Under the pieces are notes generated by a model. It had not been told where the DNA came from. It saw only the letters and a list, made by a program, of their open reading frames with translations, and ran no database searches. A stretch of 17,913 nucleotides of DNA from Candidatus Micrarchaeaceae archaeon. GTDB lineage: Archaea > Micrarchaeota > Micrarchaeia > Micrarchaeales > CABMGC01. The stretch is taken from the NCBI GenBank assembly GCA_038877255.1, contig JAVYWZ010000014.1:1-17913 (forward strand), written 5' to 3'. How positions within the stretch are numbered: position 1 is the stretch's first letter; each line of letters begins with the position of its first letter. Of this stretch, positions 9,268 to 16,384 are shown piece after piece. The position numbers and the translations under genes are program-made.

Positions 9268-10457
9268 TTTATTACCTCGTCGAGAAGCACAGAGGCATAA
9301 GAGCCACTTGGCAGCTCAAACCTGATAATTACATTATTGCCTTGTATCGCATGCTGCTCATTCTTAAAATTAACAAGCAACGGCCTGTATGCACCTTTCA
9401 TGCTCAGCTCTGGCATGCTCCTTATTTTGAAACTTTCTTTGCTTATCTGCATCTCTGCTAGCAAATCCTTTTCGTATTCATTAATGTCTTTTGAGTCGTA
9501 GCCTATTATGCCTGCAATAGGATATTTGCCATTCGCTGAGATTTTTTCAACATCCGGAAAGCCATAAAAGTTTTCTCCGCAATGCACGCTTGCTTCAAAA
9601 TCATCGTTCTTGATCCTGTGTTCAAGCTCTTTGTTGAATATATATGCTTGAACTGCATGTATGAACATTATGAGTATGCCTCTGGGCAGGCTCCTTAGCG
9701 CGCCTGCGAAATCACCATTTGTCTTTGCCAGATGCGAAAGCATAATTCTTTCAGGCACAAGGTACCTTGGGAAATCATTTAGCGCTTTTGCAAAATTCAT
9801 GCTCTCCTTAAGCTCATTCCTCGCAGCTACTGCTTTGTTGTCCTTCTCGTTTTCAACGCTTGTCAAGAATGCCAACGCCGCTTCTTCAAGCTCGTTTCTG
9901 AGTATATGCATGCCTATCTCGTGGTTGTTGCCTCTGATTCCAAAGCGCTGCTCGCCAAAGAAATTAGGCATCATGCCGTTTAGCTCAGCGAGCACCCTAT
10001 TTATGTTCTCCGGTGTTTCGCAATCAGCTATTCTAACTTCAAAAGCATTGCCTATGTTGCTGCCCAATTCTACGCGTTTGCCCAGCCACGCGCCATTTAT
10101 GCTTATATCTTTTATATGCACCCGCATCAGCGCTTCTGGGCTTGTGCCATAAATACTTGCCAACTGCACAGTTATGGCACGCCTGTCTTTAACACCTGCA
10201 TAGCCTATTGACTTTTTGCCCCTCAATACCTTCTTTGCTATTGTGGTAAGTGCCTGTATGGTATTCCAGTTCTTCTTCTGCAGAATAAAAACAGTAAACT
10301 TACTGTCGCTAGTTTCCTGCTCTTTCAGGTCTGCGGCTTTGTACTGCTTGTCCTTTTCAAGCACAGTTCCAGTGTCAATTATTTCCTTTACTATAAAATC
10401 TTCTGCAGTCTTCTTCGCTGTACCCTTTATACCAGGACTTTTGCTTATGTGCAGCAT
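9264..10457 (-). CDS. truD: tRNA pseudouridine(13) synthase
   Basis: EDFIVKE, YAGVKDRRAITVQ (catalytic Asp), GNAFEV, PNFFGEQRFG, HAVQAYIFN, FELPSGSYASVLLDE. Confidence 0.95.
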   Translation of the reverse strand: MLHISKSPGIKGTAKKTAEDFIVKEIIDTGTVLEKDKQYKAADLKEQETSDSKFTVFILQKKNWNTIQALTTIAKKVLRGKKSIGYAGVKDRRAITVQLASIYGTSPEALMRVHIKDISINGAWLGKRVELGSNIGNAFEVRIADCETPENINRVLAELNGMMPNFFGEQRFGIRGNNHEIGMHILRNELEEAALAFLTSVENEKDNKAVAARNELKESMNFAKALNDFPRYLVPERIMLSHLAKTNGDFAGALRSLPRGILIMFIHAVQAYIFNKELEHRIKNDDFEASVHCGENFYGFPDVEKISANGKYPIAGIIGYDSKDINEYEKDLLAEMQISKESFKIRSMPELSMKGAYRPLLVNFKNEQHAIQGNNVIIRFELPSGSYASVLLDEVIK

Positions 10458-10520
10458 GGAATACCTTTAAAAATCTCACAAATAAATTACTAGTGCTAAC
10501 GTTTTAATTTAGCAATTATT

Positions 10521-10572
10521 AAATGTAAATGTTACATGTAATTGTAAGTAAATGTAAGTATAAATGTAAATG
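10521..10572. repeat. array of TGTAA motifs including perfect palindrome TTACATGTAA (putative operator)
   Basis: TGTAA at 10524, 10537, 10543, 10553, 10565 plus TGTTA at 10530; palindrome at 10532-10541; lies in the divergent truD/PRODH-like intergenic region. Confidence 0.6.
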
Positions 10573-10574
10573 GC

Positions 10575-11417
10575 GTGGTGCTTTTGCACGAATCAATAGT
10601 CGAAAGAATATTGTACAAAGTTGTGAAGCGTCATATTGCAGGCACTACCATAAGCTCTGCGATTGAAAAAGCAAAGGAGCTCAATAGCAATGGCATACCC
10701 GTTTCTATGTCGTTTCTGAGCAGTAAGGTCAATAGACTGCCGAAGGCACGCTATGTCGCAAACACTTATGTAGAGCTTGTGCACAGGATTGCGAGATTCG
10801 GTTTGAAAGCCAGCATACAGGTTCCGCTAGATGAGATAGGCTATACTCTTTCTTCAGAATCTTCGCTGGCTTATCTGCGCAGCATAGTGCAACTAAGCAA
10901 CAAGCTAGGCATTTTTACATGGATAGAGCTGCCAGATAATGGCACACGCAAGCTGAAACTTCAGGGCAAAGGCATAGGCTATGCCATTAGTGCGGCAAAT
11001 GCAAACCGCATTGAGGACATTTATGGCAACCCTGTAAAGCTGATCTTTCCTCTCACCGAAGCAGATCAAGAAGGCAAGGGCGCTAACAGCAAGCGCGAGA
11101 CAGCAAAGGTAAATGTAAGCGAGGAATTAGGAGCAGTGCGCCACGCTCTGGAAAGCGCGAATTCAGTAGCGCTGCAGGCGCCGCCAGAAAGGCTTATAAG
11201 CACGCTGCTGAAAAACAGCGCATACAAAAAATCTTTAATCTTTGAGTTCCAATTGGGTTATGCGAATAAGACGCTTTTGAGCATTAAGAAAAAGGGCTGG
11301 CGCGTGAGTATGTATGTTCCCTTCGGCAAGGGCTGGGTCGATTACGCAGTCACTAGAATCCAAGGGCATTATACGCGTATGATCGCACGCAAGCTGCTTG
11401 ATGGCAAGAAGGTGTAG
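10575..11417 (+). CDS. proline dehydrogenase-like protein, catalytically degenerate
   Basis: RHIAGTTISSAIEKAKELNSNG, FEFQLGY and YVPFGKGW match the PRODH scaffold, but the GE, SxK, DME, RLVKGAY, ATHD and RRxxE motifs are substituted. Confidence 0.75.
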   Translation: MVLLHESIVERILYKVVKRHIAGTTISSAIEKAKELNSNGIPVSMSFLSSKVNRLPKARYVANTYVELVHRIARFGLKASIQVPLDEIGYTLSSESSLAYLRSIVQLSNKLGIFTWIELPDNGTRKLKLQGKGIGYAISAANANRIEDIYGNPVKLIFPLTEADQEGKGANSKRETAKVNVSEELGAVRHALESANSVALQAPPERLISTLLKNSAYKKSLIFEFQLGYANKTLLSIKKKGWRVSMYVPFGKGWVDYAVTRIQGHYTRMIARKLLDGKKV

Positions 11418-11420
11418 CAA

Positions 11421-12365
11421 GTGCAGGGCGAACACAAAATCGTCTTTGTAACAGGTGCCAATGGCAGGCTCGGCAGCAGGCTCTGTGCAACGCTTGTCAA
11501 TGCAGGTTATGAGGTTCGTGCCCTTGTTTTGTCAAAAGAAACCGCTAAGAGTTTGCCTGTAGGTGTAGTGCCTTTCGTCGGCTCGCTTGACGATCTGCAG
11601 GTTCTTTACGATGCGTGTGATGGAGCTGATTTAGTTATTCATACCGCAGCGCTGGTAAGTTCGGGAGGCAAGGTAGCTGACATAAAGCATGTCAATGTAG
11701 ACGGCACTGCGCACTTACTCGATGCGTGCGCAAAGGGCTCCTGCAGGCGCATGGTGTTTTCGAGCAGCATAGATGTCTACGGCAGCAAAAGGAATGGCGT
11801 AATAACAGAGTATACAAAACCCAAGCCGAATGATAAATACGGCTATAGCAAGCTTATGGCTGAGCAGGAGATAATAAACAGCGGAATCGCATATGTAATA
11901 TTCCGCATTGCCACAATCTATGGGCCGGGCTTTGAGAAAAGCTTCTTTAAGGTATTCAAAGCAGTCGCACAAAACAAAATGTCGATAGTAGGCAATGGCA
12001 GCAACCATCTTGCAATAGTGCATATAAACGATGTGCTAAATGCTTATTCGCTTGCAATGAGCAACGATGCTGTTAACAACATATACAATCTTAGTGACGG
12101 CGTCGCGTATACACAAGAGGGTCTGATTGATACTGCTGCCGATCTGCTTCATGTTGAAAGGCCAAAGAATCATGTCAGCGCAGCGCTTGTTGCGTTTCTT
12201 GCAAAGAGGTATGGACTTGACAGCGACGAGCTCAGATTTCTTACCTCTGATAGAATTATTGACATAAGCAAGATAAGGAGCGTGCTTGGATTTGAACCCA
12301 GCATTACTATAAAAGCAGGTGGGGCCGAGCTCGTGAATATGTTTCTAAACAAAGAGTTGATTTGA
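11421..12365 (+). CDS. NAD-dependent epimerase/dehydratase (extended SDR)
   Basis: VTGANGRLG, HTAA, NVDGT, FSSSIDVYG, YGYSK, IYGPG. Confidence 0.92.
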   Translation: MQGEHKIVFVTGANGRLGSRLCATLVNAGYEVRALVLSKETAKSLPVGVVPFVGSLDDLQVLYDACDGADLVIHTAALVSSGGKVADIKHVNVDGTAHLLDACAKGSCRRMVFSSSIDVYGSKRNGVITEYTKPKPNDKYGYSKLMAEQEIINSGIAYVIFRIATIYGPGFEKSFFKVFKAVAQNKMSIVGNGSNHLAIVHINDVLNAYSLAMSNDAVNNIYNLSDGVAYTQEGLIDTAADLLHVERPKNHVSAALVAFLAKRYGLDSDELRFLTSDRIIDISKIRSVLGFEPSITIKAGGAELVNMFLNKELI

Positions 12366-12401
12366 ACGAAAATAGGCAAGGTTGAGAAGCAGATAAACGA
12401 G

Positions 12402-13157
12402 ATGCTTGAGGACAAGGGAGCTTTGCTATTCATGCTAATAGATCCAGTTGATTACAAAAGCCCGGATGACGCGGTGCGCGCAGGTTCTGAAGCAATAGAA
12501 AGCGGTGCAGACTGCCTTCTCATAGGCGGCAGTATAGGCGCACAAGGCGAATTGCTTGATTATGTGACAAGCAGCATAAAGGAAAAGGTGCACGGTTCAG
12601 CTCCTATAATCCTGTTTCCCGGAAATATAGCGACGATAACCAAGTATGCAGATGCAATATACTTCATGTCGCTATTGAATGCGCGAAATCCGTACTGGCT
12701 CATACAGGCGCAGCTGCTCTCAGCTCCTGTGATAAAGCAAATAGGGGTAGAGCCTTTGCCTGTCGGCTATATTGTAGTGGCGCCAGGCGGTACAGTGGGT
12801 TGGGTTGGTGATGTAAACCTTGTGCCGAGGGAGAAGCCTAAGATAGCCGCGTCGCTTGCGCTCGCTGGTGAGTTCTTGGGTAACAGATTCATAGTTACAG
12901 ATACAGGCTCTAATCCCAAGCTTCAAGGCTATGGCCACATACCGCTAGAAATGATAAAAGCAGTGAAGAGCGCGATAAACGTGCCTTATGTTATAGGAGG
13001 AGGCATACTTAATGTCAATGATTTGCACGCGGTGTTGAGCGCAGGCGGCGATATAGTGCAGATAGGCACTGCCATTGAGAAATCGTCGAGCGTAAAAAGG
13101 GCAGTTAGTGCTTTTTCAAAAGCTGCTAGAGAAGAGGGCATGAAGAAAAGACGATAG
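12402..13157 (+). CDS. geranylgeranylglyceryl phosphate synthase (PcrB/GGGPS family)
   Basis: LIDP, IGGS, PIILFPG, ADAIYFMSLLN, GYIVVAPGGTVG, GGGI, IVQIGT; true N-terminus may extend to ~12372. Confidence 0.92.
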   Translation: MLEDKGALLFMLIDPVDYKSPDDAVRAGSEAIESGADCLLIGGSIGAQGELLDYVTSSIKEKVHGSAPIILFPGNIATITKYADAIYFMSLLNARNPYWLIQAQLLSAPVIKQIGVEPLPVGYIVVAPGGTVGWVGDVNLVPREKPKIAASLALAGEFLGNRFIVTDTGSNPKLQGYGHIPLEMIKAVKSAINVPYVIGGGILNVNDLHAVLSAGGDIVQIGTAIEKSSSVKRAVSAFSKAAREEGMKKRR

Positions 13158-13159
13158 CA

Positions 13160-14275
13160 ATGCGCGAAATTGCCTCTGTGGAGATTTTTGCAGTAGTTAA
13201 GGAGCTTGCTGCTAAAATAAAAGGCAAGCGCCTCAACAGCTTTTACGACTTAGGTTCTGGCTCTTTCAGGCTAGATTTTGAGTCAGGCATATCTATTTTC
13301 ATAATGCTTACAAAGGCCATAACCGAAACAAAACTCAGGGAAGAAGCCGATTCGGCAACACCTTTTGCAATCGCTGTAAGAAAGCGCATAAAAGGCAGTA
13401 GGCTCGCAGAGCTGAAGCAGATCGGCTCCGAACGCATAATCTTTTTCGAATTTTTAGGCGCTGAGAAGCATACACTTGTCGTTGAAATGTTCGCAAAGGG
13501 AAATGTCATTCTTGTAGATTCGCAGGGAAATATAGAATTGGCATATGCCACAAGGCATTTTAAAGAGCGCGACATAGCGCCAAGGACTCGTTACACTTTT
13601 CCGCCAAGCACTGCGCTTGCCTTTGTAGATTTTACCCGAGAAGCATTAAGCGAGGCAGTAAGCAAGGCGCTTTCGCAAAAAGGCGTTAAGCTGATTACCG
13701 CGCTGTCAAAATTCATAAATATAGGCCCCTTATACCTAGAGGAATTGCTTGTTTCATGCGGCTTGGACCCGAATGCAGAACCCGATTCTGCAATAGGCAA
13801 AAGAAACGAACTTGTCGACTTGCTTATAGAATTCAAAGGCCGCATCAGCAAGCCAGAGCCGATTGCTTATTATGAAGAAGCAAAGCCAATAAACTACGCC
13901 ATAATGCCCATAAGCAAATACGCAGGGTATAAGCATGCTGAATTCTCAAGCGTGAGTGAGCTTCTCGACAGCATTTATGCCAGCGAGCGCGTGCGTGTTG
14001 GCAATGAGGAATTGGAGCGTGAGATAGAAGAATTGAGCAAGAGCATAGAATTGCAGAAGAAGCTTGTAAACGAGTACAAAGAGAAGGCTGAGCTTTATAG
14101 AGGCATTGCTAACAAGATATACGAGCACATGGCCAAGCTCAATGAAGCTATTCGCGAGGCAAGGTCAGGCGCAAAAGAAGGCAATGTAGCAGCATCCACT
14201 GCCGCTGCTGCTGAAGGCGTAAAGATAATAAGCATTGACAAAAAAGCAAAGATATTGCATGTGGCGTTTGCATGA
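13160..14275 (+). CDS. Rqc2/RqcH (NFACT, FbpA-like) N-terminal domain protein
   Basis: FAIAVRKRIKG, QIGSERI, LVVEMFAKGNVILVD, RDIAPRTRYTFPP, HhH IGPLYLEEL, coiled coil; ends before the NFACT-R domain. Confidence 0.85.
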   Translation: MREIASVEIFAVVKELAAKIKGKRLNSFYDLGSGSFRLDFESGISIFIMLTKAITETKLREEADSATPFAIAVRKRIKGSRLAELKQIGSERIIFFEFLGAEKHTLVVEMFAKGNVILVDSQGNIELAYATRHFKERDIAPRTRYTFPPSTALAFVDFTREALSEAVSKALSQKGVKLITALSKFINIGPLYLEELLVSCGLDPNAEPDSAIGKRNELVDLLIEFKGRISKPEPIAYYEEAKPINYAIMPISKYAGYKHAEFSSVSELLDSIYASERVRVGNEELEREIEELSKSIELQKKLVNEYKEKAELYRGIANKIYEHMAKLNEAIREARSGAKEGNVAASTAAAAEGVKIISIDKKAKILHVAFA

Positions 14276-15165
14276 ATTTCAAAGTGGTTGCACTTGGAAC
14301 TGCCGGCTCCACGCCTACAAAAACAAGGCGCATGCCAAGCTTTGCCATAATCTATGATGGAGACGTGCTTTTGTTCGATTGTGGCGAAGGAACGCAGATG
14401 CAGCTAATGACATATGGGATAAGTTTCTCAAAGATAAAAGCTATTTTCATAAGCCACGCTCACGGCGACCACACGATAGGAATAGCAGGCCTGGTGCGCA
14501 CGCTGTCAATGGCTTCAAGGCATGAACCTCTTTACATCTTCGTGCCCGCAGGCTACGAAAAGACAATAAGCAGGCTTTTGGTATTTGATAAGGCAATAAT
14601 AAGCTTTCCTGTAATAATCAAGGGAGTAAAGAGCTGCGAAGTTTACAAAACACGCGATTACTCAGTTTATGCATTCAGGCTAAATCATACAGTGCCTGAT
14701 TACGGCTATGTGTTCAAGGAACACGACAGACTCCGCTTCGATAAAGCAAAAGCAGACAAGTTGGGCATAAGAGGCTCTGCCTTTTCAGAGATACAAAGAA
14801 AGGGCAGGCTCCGCGTAGGCAGCAAGCAGGTCTTGCTAAAGTCTATTACGTGGCTTGCGAAAGGAAAGAAAGTCGTTTACGCTACTGATACTAGGCCTTC
14901 AAAGAACACGGTAAAGGCAGCGCTGGGAGCAAACCTGCTGATTCACGAGGCCGCATACACAGAAGCCGAGAAGAAGCTGGCAATCTCGAGGAAGCATTCT
15001 ACTGCAAAAGAAGCGGCAGAGGTCGCAAAGCAGGCAAAGGTAAAGGCGCTGTTGCTGACGCATATAAGCGCAAGGCACAAGATAGCAAAGCCGCTTGAAA
15101 CAGAAGCAAGAAAGGTTTTTAAGAACAGCAGAGTGGCATACGACGGCATGATTGTAAGCATCTAA
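14272..15165 (+). CDS. rnz: ribonuclease Z
   Basis: LGTAGSTPT, FDCGEGTQ, HAHGDH metallo-beta-lactamase motif, exosite arm, TDTRP, HEA, HST, LTHISAR; ATGA overlap with the upstream gene. Confidence 0.96.
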   Translation: MNFKVVALGTAGSTPTKTRRMPSFAIIYDGDVLLFDCGEGTQMQLMTYGISFSKIKAIFISHAHGDHTIGIAGLVRTLSMASRHEPLYIFVPAGYEKTISRLLVFDKAIISFPVIIKGVKSCEVYKTRDYSVYAFRLNHTVPDYGYVFKEHDRLRFDKAKADKLGIRGSAFSEIQRKGRLRVGSKQVLLKSITWLAKGKKVVYATDTRPSKNTVKAALGANLLIHEAAYTEAEKKLAISRKHSTAKEAAEVAKQAKVKALLLTHISARHKIAKPLETEARKVFKNSRVAYDGMIVSI

Positions 15166-15213
15166 ATATAAGATGAATCTAAATTGGCGCAAAGCATCGG
15201 AAGAAAGATATTT

Positions 15214-15233
15214 AAGATAAAACAAGATAAAAC
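15214..15233 (+). repeat. 10-bp tandem duplication AAGATAAAAC x2
   Basis: Exact copies at 15214-15223 and 15224-15233, with partial copies flanking, upstream of tRNA-Val. Confidence 0.6.
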
Positions 15234-15251
15234 AAAAATAACCGCGTATAA

Positions 15252-15322
15252 GGAGGCATAGTCTAGTGGCAGGACGGCAGATTGACATTCTGCAGGCAGG
15301 AGTCCGATTCTCCTTGCCTCCA
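15252..15322 (+). tRNA. tRNA-Val(GAC)
   Basis: Acceptor GGAGGCA/TGCCTCC + A; D arm GTCT/GGAC; anticodon arm GCAGA-TTGACAT-TCTGC; T arm AGGAG-TCCGATT-CTCCT. Confidence 0.88.
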
Positions 15323-15396
15323 TCAAAAACCCTTTCAACATTTATGGCTTGTCTGACTGGCAAGTTTTTTATAGGCGTAGCGCATATCTATATTTT

Positions 15397-15468
15397 GGGC
15401 TCTTAGCGCAACGGTAGAGCGCTCGCTTTGCAGGCGAGAGGTTGCGGGTTCGAATCCCGCAGAGTCCA
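15397..15468 (+). tRNA. tRNA-Ala(TGC)
   Basis: Acceptor GGGCTCT/AGAGTCC with G3:U70; anticodon arm CTCGC-TTTGCAG-GCGAG; T arm GCGGG-TTCGAAT-CCCGC; TTTTTATA TATA box ~25 nt upstream. Confidence 0.95.
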
Positions 15469-15489
15469 AAACCTCTTCAAAGAGGGTTT
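15469..15489. repeat. short hairpin directly after tRNA-Ala
   Basis: AAA-CCTCT-TCAA-AGAGG-G-TTT. Confidence 0.5.
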
Positions 15490-15642
15490 ATCGATAAAAA
15501 AGCGCAACAATGCGTTACATAACAAAGAGACTTTGTTGATTTAGTCCTACTTTATCAACAAAAAGCATACTTTTTCAACAAAGCCTAACCTTCAAAAAGA
15601 TCAAGAGGCGATGAACTTTACGTAATTGCACTAGTTAGGATA

Positions 15643-16074
15643 TTGGGATATACATTAAAAAGATACGTTCTAGGCGGGCAAACTGTTCAATGTGATGAAG
15701 ATAGAACGCTGCAGGCAATAGACCTGCTCTACTATCTAGGTTACCTTGTGCCGCCAGTAGTGATACCATCGTTTAGCCTCGAGTACCTGCTCGCGAACAA
15801 GACAATTGCAATGGCTGATAGGAACGAATTGAAGGATATATATGATACGTGGATGGGGCTCAGGATTGTCAAGAATATGCAGAAATATAGAAAATATCTT
15901 AGGATTGTGGCAAAGGAGAGAAAGGTGCCCGACTATAGGCACTATTTGCGTTACCAAATAAAAGAAATAATGCTGCAAAACCTAAATTACTATAAAAAAA
16001 GGAGCATAGATGTGGTGGAAACGCCAAGCACAGAGAGCATGCTTAAAGAGATAGAGGAGAAGCTGAACCTGTAG
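15643..16074 (+). CDS. orphan hypothetical protein (possibly 5'-truncated remnant)
   Basis: 143-aa ORF with natural composition and basic C-terminal half; weak TTG start; frame is open upstream to TAA at 15586. Confidence 0.55.
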   Translation: MGYTLKRYVLGGQTVQCDEDRTLQAIDLLYYLGYLVPPVVIPSFSLEYLLANKTIAMADRNELKDIYDTWMGLRIVKNMQKYRKYLRIVAKERKVPDYRHYLRYQIKEIMLQNLNYYKKRSIDVVETPSTESMLKEIEEKLNL

Positions 16075-16165
16075 AAGTAGAGGTGAAGACTTGGGCTTGG
16101 GTGTGAGTGGCGATCAATCAGGTCACCATGGAAGCTCCCAGCCTTCAGTTGGAAGAGGATGTCAC
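16066..16165 (+). mobile_element. IS200/IS605 (IS1341/tnpB-type) right end / omegaRNA-like 3' remnant
   Basis: GAAGCTCCCAGCCTTCAGTTGGAAGAGGATGTCAC (16131-16165) resembles the GAAGCCCC-hairpin-GAGGATGTCAC right end of tnpB elements, ending in TCAC. Left boundary uncertain; no transposase or tnpB nearby. Confidence 0.65.
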
Positions 16166-16384
16166 TATCTGCAAGATAGACATTATTTTCTGTTCTTAAT
16201 TTTTCTAATGATTCTGGGGCAGATGTGTCTACTTTTCTAATTTTGTACGATAATAACGACAGTATTGCATACGCCATATAACATATTTTGACGTGGAATT
16301 TTATGTGTGATATAAATTACCTTAAAATGTTATGTAATTCGGCTTCGGCATATGTCTTATAAAATTTTGCTACTAATTTAATGT

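Noticed and set aside
9444..9451. TATCTGCA in truD matching the start of the putative omegaRNA guide
   Set aside because: Only 8 nt, expected by chance in 18 kb.
10521..10572. Possible CRISPR array or replication origin
   Set aside because: Units are 5-11 nt with no spacers; no cas or cdc6/orc1 gene nearby and no ORB-like G-string.
14899..15363. 154-aa minus-strand ORF and other listed antisense ORFs (e.g. 5933-6391, 9661-10152, 15990-16277)
   Set aside because: They overlap well-supported genes, tRNAs or the IS-like end on the opposite strand and have no recognisable motifs.
15397..16384. Integrated element with att duplication of a tRNA 3' end
   Set aside because: No repeat of the tRNA-Ala or tRNA-Val 3' end and no integrase seen in the window.
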